64,000 bases of DNA, taken from the NCBI GenBank assembly GCA_964016885.1, contig OZ024744.1, positions 53,196,001 through 53,260,000 of the forward strand. Direction: 5' to 3'. Under the pieces are notes generated by a model. The model had not been told where the DNA came from, made no database searches, and saw only the letters and a program-made list of their open reading frames with translations. Position 1 is the first letter of the stretch. Each line of letters starts with the position of its first letter. This document shows, piece by piece, positions 26,850 to 36,976 of this stretch. A program made the position numbers and the translations under genes. Origin of the DNA: Eledone cirrhosa. Lineage: Eukaryota.

Positions 26850-29800
26850 TTAGACTGACATAGTGACTCGGTCAAAAGTTAACGGCTATGGCAATGAAGG
26901 TCCCCACCAACAATAGAAGAAACGCCAGCACCACCGAAAAATCAGCTAATGGTTCAAACCTTCCCATCAATTCGGAGCTGGACACCTCCCATAACCGGAA
27001 TACTCCTACTGTTGGCCCTCCATGTAACCACCAAGAAACCCAAAGAAAAAGAGAGAAAAATGGTCAAGGGAAGAAAATAAAGACGTCATTGAGGCTTTCT
27101 AGACTGCCATGTACTACCCATCAAATAGATCGAATACAGAACACATATATCAACTGAAAAAAGAAACATCCCGAAAACAAAGACTTTATTGACAGTAACA
27201 AACTAGCCAATATACGAAGAAATATTGTTAAGAAAAATATACTAACTGATATAGAAATTGATCAGATCAAGCAATTAGCGCAAAGTCAGCGAAGGAAAAA
27301 TGAAGCATCTGTCAGTGAAAACGAGGTAAATTGTAACACTTCGAATCCCAGGGTTGGGGCGGAATCACTGACAACAGAACAAATTAAAGAAAGGATCGAA
27401 AAAGTGGAAGGAGTGCATGCTCAAGATGAAATTCAAAATGAAAACAATGAGACCGTCAATGATAAAGAAATGAATGAGAATGAACTCGCCAACTTGAAGA
27501 ATTAAATTATGATTGAATGGATGAAAATGAAAGAAACTGATATGGGGGAACGAGACACTCTAAGATCCAGAACTCCAAACAAAACCAAAGGGTAATATAC
27601 AAGACTAACATAACTCTCAAAAATATTATCATCACAAATAAACTAAACATTACTGATCTAAATCATCTCTATTATGCATCGGCTAAAGTCACCACTCACT
27701 TGTGTGGAGTGAAAATGAAAAAAAAAAGGAATTCCCACAAAAAAACCTACTTGGCAAGAGAACATCAATCGCCAAATAAACCTTCTCCGATCGGAGAGAA
27801 ATTTTAGCAAACTACAGAGTAGGTGAACATGTTAAACAAACTAAACTTAGAAAATGGAAAAGAAAATACAGTATAAAATCAACAAGTGACAGAGACATGC
27901 TGATAGAAACAATCAAGCAAAAAGTGTCGGCCGAAGCTGCTCGTATAAGGCGCTTTGAAAAACGATCTAGATTCTATAAGACAATAATATGTTCAAAAAC
28001 AACCAAAGAAACTTCTACAGAAAAATTGGCAAGTCAACAATAACTGCTAAATCAATACCACCCAAGGAGGAAGTGCAAGAATTCTGGGAAAAAATCTGGG
28101 CCGAAGAAAAAGTTCATAATATACATACCCCATGGATAGACAGACAAATGAAAGCTACAGCTCACTTAGAGTAACAAATATGAGAAAATATAACAGTTGA
28201 ACAGTTGCATTTGGCTCTTAGAAATACCAGCAAATGGAAATCTCCAGAGAAAGACAAAATACCAAATTTTTGGATAAATGCCTTCACAGAGTCTCATGAC
28301 ATGTTAATCCAACTTTACAATGAAATGGTTAAGGAGCCAGAAAAGATACCATCAAGGCTAGTTAATGGCATTACATTCCTACTTCCTAAGAATGATGAGA
28401 CAAACAATCCCCCAAATTACAGACTTGCTTCACCACAATGTATAAAATATTAACATCAGTCCTAACTGAATATACATATGACCACCTGATAACAAATGAT
28501 CTATTTCCCAATGAGCAGAAAGGGTGTAAAGGAGGCTCATATGGCTGTAAGGATCAGATTTTGGTTAACAAAATGATACTGGACGATTGTTATAATAGTC
28601 ACAAAAATCTATCAATTGCTTGGATAGATTACAAAAAAGCATTCGATAGTTTGCCACACAGTTGGATTGAAAAGTGTTTAGAGATTTTCAAAATATCTCC
28701 CGTTGTCAGGAGGTTCCTGTCATTCAGTATGAAGACATGGAAAACTACACTCCTTTTGAATAGTGAAAAAGAATCACTAGAAGCTGGAGAAGTTAATATT
28801 AATTGTGGATTTTTTCAGGGTGACTCTTTATCACCGCTTTTATTCTGCATCGCACTTATACCATTAAGTAAAATGCTCAATGAAACAAAACATGGATATA
28901 AAGTCTATGACAAAACCATTAATCACTTGTTCTACATGGCTGACCTGAAACTATTTGCAAAAAATGATGAGCAATTGCAAGGGCTAATCTGTAGCAGTTC
29001 AGTGATGACATTAAAATGGAGTTTGGACTAGATAAATGCGCCAAAGCAACGTTCACCAGAGGAAAGCTGCTGAGAAGTTGAGACATTAATCTTGATCGGG
29101 GGAATATAATAAGAGAACTTGATCAAGAGGAAACTTACAAATATCTAGGTGTTTGTGAAGGAGACGGAATCACGCACTCGACAATGGGGGAAAGGATAAG
29201 GAAGGAATGTTACCGGAGAGTAAGAGCAATCTTAAGAACGGAATTGAATGCAAGGAATAGGATTTATGCAATAAACAGGCTTGCCATACCAGTAGTAACC
29301 TACAGTTTCAATGTCATCAACTGGTCAAGCACAGAGATCCGTAGGCTCGATACAAAAATTTGAAAATTAATAACAATGCACATAATGCATCACCCTAAGG
29401 CAGATATAGATAGAATATATCTCCCTAGGAAAGAAGGAGGACGTGGGTTAATCCAGTTAGACATTGCGTTGAAAACTGCACCAATTGGATTATCTACATA
29501 TCTAAGGGAATCACATGATTGGATGATCAAACTCGTTTTGAAACACGAAAGCATCAAAAGATCATATTCCATTACAAAAGATGCACAAATATACAGTAAT
29601 GGACTACAAATTTCAGAAGTCCCATTTACTGCTGAAATGGAAAACACAGAAAAAGCAAAGCAGGTAAAAGTAACTGCAAAGAAAGAACTGCTACAGAAAC
29701 TGGCTAAGAAATGGCAAGAAAAGCCTCTGTATGGAAAATACCCAGAGCGAGCTAACAATCCTGATGTTGATAAAACTTTAACCCATCAGTGGTTGGCATC

Positions 29801-30606
29801 CTCTGGACTGAAATCGGAGACTGAAGGACTGATTATATCGGCACAAGATCAGTGTCTGCCAACAAAAAATTACCAAGCCAACATAATAAAAAATGGGTGC
29901 AGCCCATTATGCCGTGTATGCAAAAAACAACCAGAGACCATTGACCATATAATTTCAATGTGCAGTCCTATAGCTCCAACCGAATACCAAATGAGGCATG
30001 ACAGAGCTGCACAATACATACATTGGATAATGTGTAAGCATTTTGACCTGCCCCATCAAAAGAATTGGTGGGAACATCAACCACCTCCCATACTTGAAAA
30101 AGATCACATCTCAATCTTGTAGTACTTTAGCATCCAAACAGACCGAAAAATAGATGCAAATAGACCTGATAAAATACTGAAGGAATTTAAAAGAGGGTAT
30201 GCCTGCTAATTGATATGTCTGTTCTAATAGACAAGAATGTATCTATAAACACATTTGAAAAATTGAGCAAGTATAAGGACCTGGAGATAGAAATTAGAAA
30301 AATGTGGAAATTGAGAACTAAAACAATACCAGTGGTTGTAGGTGCTCTGGGAATGATACCTAAGGGGTCTAATGACTACTTATCGCAAATCCCAGGAAAC
30401 CCGCGTATAGGAGAAATACAAAAGATAGTACTAATGGGAACTGCCCATATACTAAGGAAGATTCTGTCACAAGTCTAAACACTAAAGATGCATGTGTGAA
30501 TATGTATGTTCTTTCTTGAACATGGCGGACCTTGTTGTCTCTTGAGGTCACTGGTTGTGACTTGGTGATAACTCGTATGAACATAAAGCAAGATAAATGG
30601 AACTGT
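26850..30606 (+). mobile_element. R4/Dong-like non-LTR retrotransposon (RT plus restriction-like endonuclease), degenerate
   Basis: WIDYKKAFDS, FQGDSLSPLLF, YMAD (mutated YMDD), CRVC...DHIISMC knuckle, RHD, RPD...KLSKYKDL...PVVVGALG; ends in (TAA)n; 5' boundary approximate. Confidence 0.85.
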
Positions 30607-30624
30607 AATAATAATAATAATAAT
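30606..30624. repeat. (TAA)n tail shared tail-to-tail by the Dong-like element and a SINE
   Basis: taataataataataataat. Confidence 0.9.
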
Positions 30625-30727
30625 TGTATCTACTTTTGGCACAAGGCCAGCAATTACCCAGTGCATTACTGGTACTTTATTTTATCGACCCCGTAAGGAT
30701 GAAAGGCAAAGTCAACCTCGGCGGGAT
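30625..30727 (-). mobile_element. Truncated SINE (same family as 12464-12672)
   Basis: cccagtgcattactggtactttattttatcgaccccgtaaggatgaaaggcaaagtcaacctcggcgggat, flanked by AAT tracts on both sides. Confidence 0.75.
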
Positions 30728-30748
30728 AATAATAATAATAATAATAAT

Positions 30749-33169
30749 GATTTCTTTATTGGCCACAAGGGCTGATATCAAGAAAAACATTACAGACGGC
30801 ACAGGACGGTACAGGACGGTACGATGTGAGTTTTGTGCTTGTAAAGATTTTTATTATTTATATAAGAAAAGAAACAAAAGATATAGAAACATATATATAA
30901 ACAATACAAATGAAAATTGAAACAATGAAAAATTCCTCATAGGAAAATAACCTCTGTGGGTTACTCGTGGCGAAAACCACACAAAAGATCACGGCCACCC
31001 TGACCACCAGGGCAAGCGCCCTCTCAATTCTTCCATTTCTCAAACTACAGGCGTATATTCAGAGGGGACCCGTTCACTCGGACCATTCTTGCCACTTTCA
31101 CCCACCTTTCAACAAACTTACTAGAAGGCAGCACTTGCCTCTCCACCCTGATTTTCCTCTTCAAGTGAAACTTGAAAAAGTTAATTCGGTATACGCCGAA
31201 GAGGAAAGTATCTGTCTTTAACCCTTTCAACCTTGTCCACAACACAATCTCTTTCGCCATGGCCACCAGGCAAATGAAAACCGCCTGCCCTTCCTCCTCG
31301 AAGGAAGACGGCGAGACCATCTGCACAATGGACTCAGTCGTTAACAGGATCAGTCCTGCACGCGACAGCAACTGTTCGACATAGTTCGGCTGACTGCACT
31401 TCCGTGCCTGTAGAGCTTATCTCGAACCGGCAGCGCTCCCCGGTAGCACTGCCACATCCATAGGCCCTGGGCTGAAAGTTCTCCGGAGGAGAGCACACAG
31501 CTGGTCTTCTTCGACGCCCAGGATCTCTCCGAGAACGTCGTCGCTCTTCCCCTCTACTAGTCCTCTATAGAACGCCGAGGTGGATGTTCCACCGATACTG
31601 GTGCCCAGCTGTTTCCAAGCGCTATCCCTCGGTCTTTTCCTGACCCAGGACTGCAGCTCCGTCAAGGATACGAGCTGTGAGAAAACGTGCCAGGCGAACG
31701 ACAACCATACCTGTTCACAGTCAAGGAAGCACCAGAGATGTCGCAGTCCCAGCGCATCTTTGCGCATCATCAGCCATGGCAGGCCCAGTCCTCCACGCAA
31801 CGGGTGTTGACAGCAGATGGATCGTCTGATCATGGGAGCGTGACACTTCCACAAAAAGCGGCAGAGGAGGCGCTCCATTTTCGTGAAAGTTGAACCGGGG
31901 CAAGGGACGACGGTGAGGCGGTAGCAGATGACGGATGCGATGTACGCATTCGCCCTCTCCTCCCGGCCTTTCAGGGACAGCTTCCTCTCAGCCCATTTCT
32001 GGGTGAGGGAGGCCACCTTTCTCGTCACCTCGTTCCAGTGTTTCTCCATCTGGAGGTTCGGTCCGAACCAGACCCCGAGCAATTTAACCCGTCCGTCCGT
32101 CCAACGCCCCGCGACGCTGTCGGATGGATGGACTTTCCTCTTCAGATACCTAGCTGCAAGCCCACCGATTTTCCTGGTTTATCTTTGCCCCTGTCACCGC
32201 TTCATATTCTTTGAGATCTGTGCCGAGCATCTGGACGTGTCTGGTGCCGGACACAACCACGGTGACGTCGTCGGCATTAGCCGACTCGGATTTCCCGCAT
32301 CCTATTTCGCGTGGGACGCCCCTCATCGCCCTCAGTTTTTGCAGTAACGGCTCGAGAGCCAATACGTACAAGAGGGACGAGAGGGGACAACCCTGGTGGA
32401 CTGAGCGCATGATGCTGAACGGCTGCGACAGGTGATCGTTTACCCTCACAACTGAGCAGATGACGCTGTACATTGCAGCGATCCAACCCCTGAAAACGGG
32501 CCCAAAACCGACTTCCTCGAGGACAGCCGCCAGGTACCGATGGTCGACCCTATCGAATGCTTTGGATTCATCCAAGTTTATCAGGGCCACACCCGTGCCA
32601 GGTTCATTAACCACCCTCTCTATGATGTATCGCATGTGGTGTAGGTTGTCGTGTATGGATCTGTCCGGAATGGCGCATATCTGCGCCTCTCCCACTAGAC
32701 CCCCGAAGACAAGCGCCAACCTTGTTGCTAACACCTTGGCCAAAATCTTGAACTCTGCATTATCGATACTACCCCTTTGTTCGAGTCTTTTCTCAGCAGC
32801 CCCACCTCTCCCGGGCTCACAAAACTGGGAATGCTCCTGTTCTGCTGCTAGTTGCAGTAGACGTCTGCCAAGAGGTCACCGAACAAGTCTGGCATAAATG
32901 CATAAAGCTCGTAGGGAAGAACATCCAAACCTGGCGATTTACCCCTCGTGCAGTTAGCCATCGCTCCCCGTATTTCACCAGCTGTTATTGGCTTTTCGCA
33001 ACACTGTGATACTCTGATCGAGACCTGCGGCAGTCTGTCAAGGTATGCAATGATGTCCATACCCCGATGCGGCCCACCGCTGTTCCCGACCAGTTGAGCA
33101 AAGTGCTGCTGAAAAGCTTCACACATCTGCTTGGGTTCGAGCAACACGCGCCCGTTTTTGTCAGATAAA
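30749..33169 (-). mobile_element. Tx1-clade LINE E6, 5' truncated upstream of RT, degenerate
   Basis: Frameshifted ORF2 fragments 31045-33147; 3' UTR nearly the same as E9; (AAT)7 at 30728-30748. Confidence 0.9.
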
Positions 33170-33210
33170 CTTTCCAGTTAAATAACATCAATGACTTAGA
33201 CTTAAAGAAC

Positions 33211-33258
<48 letters not shown>
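33211..33258. repeat. (AAT)16 spacer, tail of E7
   Basis: Perfect AAT tract. Confidence 0.95.
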
Positions 33259-33260
<2 letters not shown>

Positions 33261-33521
33261 TTTCTTTATTAACCACAAGGGTTTACATAAAGTAGACATT
33301 AAGGACAGTGCAGGACAATGCAGGACGGTACAAATGGGCATTTCTGCGTGTAAAAAAAACAAAAATAGAGGATGTAACAAAAATAACAATGAAAATAACA
33401 ATGAAAAATTCCCCAATAGGGGGGAGACTTCGGAGGGACATTTGTGGAGAAAGCCCAGTAAAAAGCCACAATGACCCTGACCACCAAGGCAAGTGCCCTC
33501 TCCCAGTTTTCCACCTTTAGT

Positions 33522-36500
33522 TTACAGATATATACTCAGAGTCGGCCCATTCACTCGGGCCATTCTTGCTTCTCTCACCCATCTTTCAACAAAATGCTGG
33601 GAAGAGAGCACTTCCTTCTCTACTCTGATTTTCCTTTTCAAATGAAATTTGAAAAAGTCAATCAGAGCATCACCGAAGAGGTAAGTGCTCGTCTTCAGCC
33701 CTTTCAAACGTGTCCACCATACTATCTCTTTCGCCATGGCCACCAGACAGATAAAAACTGCCTGCCCTTCCCGGCTAAAGGAGGAGGGCGGGGCAATCCT
33801 CACGATAGACTCAGATGATAGCTGGATCCGTCCTAAACGCGACAGCAGGTGTTCGACATAAACCCACAAGTCAGCAATTTTCGGACACTGGACGAGTGCG
33901 TGCAGGACGGTTTCGTCGCCCTGCGCGCATCTCGGACATGCCCGGCTGACGGCACCTCCATGCCTGTAGAGTTTATCCCGAACTGGCAAGGCTCCTCGGT
34001 AGCACTGCCAGGCCAGAGATTTCTGGAAGTTGTCCATAGGCCCTGGCCCGAAAGTTCTTCCGAAGAGATTGGCTAGTTGATTTTCGTCGACGCCTAGAGT
34101 TTCCCCAAGTACGTCGTCGCTCTTCCCCTCCACTAATCCTCTATAGAACGCCGAGGTGGAGTTTCCACCGATCACATTGCCCGATTGGTCGAGGGCTGTG
34201 AGCGCCTGAAGACATTCCAGTCTCCAGGCGCTCCCTCTCGGTCTTCGCTTGACCCAGGACTGCAGCTCCGTCAAGGAAACGAGCTGGGGAAAAACGCGTC
34301 TAGCAAACGGCGACCACACCTGATCACCGTCGAGGAAGAGGTGGAGATGTCGTAGCCTGAGCGCGTGCCTGCGCATCATCAGCCACGGCATGCCCAGCCC
34401 TCCACGTAGCGGGTGTTGACAACAGATGGACCGCCTGACCATCGGAGCACGTCCCTTCCACAAAAAGCGAAAGAGCAAACGCTCCAGCGCAGTCAGGCGA
34501 GGCTTAGGACAAGGTACGACGGTTAGGCGGTAGCAGATGACAGACGCGATGTACGCGTTAGCCACCTCCGCTCGACCTTTCAGGGATAGCTTCCTCTCCG
34601 CCCATTTCTGGGTGAGAGAAGCCACCCTGCTCGTCACCTCGTCCCAGTTTTTGTCCGTCTGGAGGTCCGGACCGAACCAGACCCCTAGCAATTTAACCGG
34701 TCCGTCCGTCCAGCGCCCGACGACGCTGTTGGACGGCATGGACCTGTCTCTCCAGGTGCCGAGCTGCAGGCCCACTGACTTTTCCTGGTTGATCATTGCT
34801 CCTGTCACCGCTTCGTATTCTCTTAGTGTAGTGCCGATCGCCTCGATGTGTTTGGCGTTCGACACCACTACGGTGACATCGTCCGCATATGCTGACACGG
34901 ATCTTCCGCATCCTAGTTCGCGCGGGACTCCCCTCAACGTCTCCAGTTTGTGCAGTAATGGCTCGAGAGTCAATACGTACAAGAGGGACGAGAGGGGACA
35001 TCCTTGGCGGACCGAGCGCATGATGTTGAACGGTTCCGACAGGTGACCGTTCACTCTCACCACAGAGCAGATGTCGCTGTGCATGGCAGCGATCCAGCCT
35101 CTGAAGACGGGCCCAAAGCCAGCCGCCCTCAGGACTGCCGCTAGGTAACGATGGTCGACCCTATCGAAAGCTTTCGACTGATCTAAATTGATCAAGGACC
35201 CACCCGTGCCAGGTTCCCTAGCTACCCTCTCTACGATGTATCGCATGAGGTGGAGGTTGTCGTGGATGGATCTGTCGGGAATGGCGCATGTCTGCGCCTC
35301 TCCCACCAGACCACCAACGACAAGCGCCAACCTCTTTGCTAGCACCTTGGCCAAAATCTTAAACTCTGTGTTTAGCAGAGTTATGGGCCGGAAATTGTCT
35401 ATGTTATCCCCCTTGTTCTGATCCTTTCTCAGCAGTGCCACCGCTCCTCGGCTCACAGAACTGGGAATTCTCCCGTTCTGTTGCCAGTTGCAGTAGACGT
35501 CCGCCAAGAGGCCTCCGAACAAGTCTGGCATCTGTACGTAAAGTTCATAGGGCAGACCATCCAAACCAGGCGATTTACCCCTTGTGCAGCCAGTCATTGC
35601 CTCCCTTACTTCAGCGGCTGTTATCGGCTTTTCGCAACACTTCGCCTCAGTGGCCGAGAGCCGCGGCAGTCCGTCGAGGTAGACACTAAAGTCCATCCCT
35701 CTACCCGGCCCACCGCTGCCCCCGAACAGCTGAGCGAAGTGTCGCTGAAAAGCTTCACACATTTGCCCGGGATCGAGTAGCATGCGCCCGTCGTGGTCCA
35801 CCAAAGACCGGATCGTGGCTTTGTTGCCACGACGCGCCTCCGCCACTCGGGCCCATTGAACGGCTTTCGTCCCCTCGTGTCTGAGAGCACGCACCCTAGC
35901 TCTGACAACGCAGCCTTCGTGCTTTGCATTGAAGAATTGGTCAAGGGCCAATTTCGCCGCAAGCACGTCGGTCGCAATGCCTTTGCTAAGCGCCTCGTCT
36001 AATTTTCTAACTAGTTCTCCCTCTGCTCTATTTTTCTCTATTGCTAAAGCCTTACTAAACCTAATCGATTCTATTCTAATCGCTCTTTTCAGAGCAAACC
36101 ACCACTTGTTGTTGACGATGGCCCCCGTCAACGCCCGCTTAACTAGTTCGCTAATCCGGTCTCTGTAGGCCTTGCGCGCTGGTAAGGACGCGTTTAGCTT
36201 CCAGTAGCCGGGTCCTCGTCTATGAAGCCTATCTAAGTCAAGCACACAGATCACGAATTTGTGGTCCGTGTAGCTGACTATCTTGAATTGTGGACAGCCT
36301 ATGCTAGACCTATCTATTTCCCTACAAAATACTCTATCTAGATATGATCTGGATGACCCTATGCGGTTTGTCCAAGTCCACATTGGCACATTCGGGAAAT
36401 CCAATCGGTACCTGTCAGACAGTTCAAAACGCCTGAGCAGGTTGGTGAGGCTCTTGCACCCTCCACCCCTATCCGCTAATCCCACACAGTCCCAGCGTGC

Positions 36501-36941
36501 ATCTAAGATGCCGTTCCAGTCGCCCACTAACACTAAAGAGCGGGACGTTCCAAGAAAGGTCTCCAGACGCCGGAAGAAATCAGGCCGCCCTGCTCCTGTC
36601 GGGGCATAGACGGCCACTAGCCTGAAAGCTTGCCCGTCTCCGCTGGTCACGTCCAGCACCACCAGCTTACCCTCTGGGTCCAGGAAGATGGCCCGTATGG
36701 CGAGATCCAAACCTCTCCGAAAAAGTACAGCAACTCCTCCACCGGATCCAGGACGGCTGGGAGATGCGTACACATCGTAGCCGCCGAAGATCGGTGCGAA
36801 GGCCCGTGCTTCGGAGATTCTGGTCTCGCTGATGGCCACTACATCTATGTTTAGTGACCTGAGGTCGTTGAGCAGGTGACCCTGCTTCCATGACGACCCC
36901 AAGCCACGCGCATTTATGCTGCCTATTCTGAGTGAGGTCAT
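33522..36941 (-). CDS. ORF2p, 1139 aa: APE endonuclease, reverse transcriptase, C-terminal CCHC
   Basis: SINARG, ISETR, VYAP, GDWN, YLDRV, TDHK; KSPGLDG, NFRPITLLN, DQSKAFD, RQGCPLS, YADD; CPRCAQGDETVLHALVQC. Confidence 0.95.
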   Translation of the reverse strand: MTSLRIGSINARGLGSSWKQGHLLNDLRSLNIDVVAISETRISEARAFAPIFGGYDVYASPSRPGSGGGVAVLFRRGLDLAIRAIFLDPEGKLVVLDVTSGDGQAFRLVAVYAPTGAGRPDFFRRLETFLGTSRSLVLVGDWNGILDARWDCVGLADRGGGCKSLTNLLRRFELSDRYRLDFPNVPMWTWTNRIGSSRSYLDRVFCREIDRSSIGCPQFKIVSYTDHKFVICVLDLDRLHRRGPGYWKLNASLPARKAYRDRISELVKRALTGAIVNNKWWFALKRAIRIESIRFSKALAIEKNRAEGELVRKLDEALSKGIATDVLAAKLALDQFFNAKHEGCVVRARVRALRHEGTKAVQWARVAEARRGNKATIRSLVDHDGRMLLDPGQMCEAFQRHFAQLFGGSGGPGRGMDFSVYLDGLPRLSATEAKCCEKPITAAEVREAMTGCTRGKSPGLDGLPYELYVQMPDLFGGLLADVYCNWQQNGRIPSSVSRGAVALLRKDQNKGDNIDNFRPITLLNTEFKILAKVLAKRLALVVGGLVGEAQTCAIPDRSIHDNLHLMRYIVERVAREPGTGGSLINLDQSKAFDRVDHRYLAAVLRAAGFGPVFRGWIAAMHSDICSVVRVNGHLSEPFNIMRSVRQGCPLSSLLYVLTLEPLLHKLETLRGVPRELGCGRSVSAYADDVTVVVSNAKHIEAIGTTLREYEAVTGAMINQEKSVGLQLGTWRDRSMPSNSVVGRWTDGPVKLLGVWFGPDLQTDKNWDEVTSRVASLTQKWAERKLSLKGRAEVANAYIASVICYRLTVVPCPKPRLTALERLLFRFLWKGRAPMVRRSICCQHPLRGGLGMPWLMMRRHALRLRHLHLFLDGDQVWSPFARRVFPQLVSLTELQSWVKRRPRGSAWRLECLQALTALDQSGNVIGGNSTSAFYRGLVEGKSDDVLGETLGVDENQLANLFGRTFGPGPMDNFQKSLAWQCYRGALPVRDKLYRHGGAVSRACPRCAQGDETVLHALVQCPKIADLWVYVEHLLSRLGRIQLSSESIVRIAPPSSFSREGQAVFICLVAMAKEIVWWTRLKGLKTSTYLFGDALIDFFKFHLKRKIRVEKEVLSSQHFVERWVREARMARVNGPTLSIYL

Positions 36942-36976
36942 GTTTAAAATAGAGTGGAAAAGATGGGAAAGACCAC

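Noticed and set aside
34537-35046. Recurrent antisense ORF MTDAMYA... (also 13966, 17857, 31928, 40583, 49418)
   Set aside because: In-register shadow of GC-rich RT codons; length varies among copies
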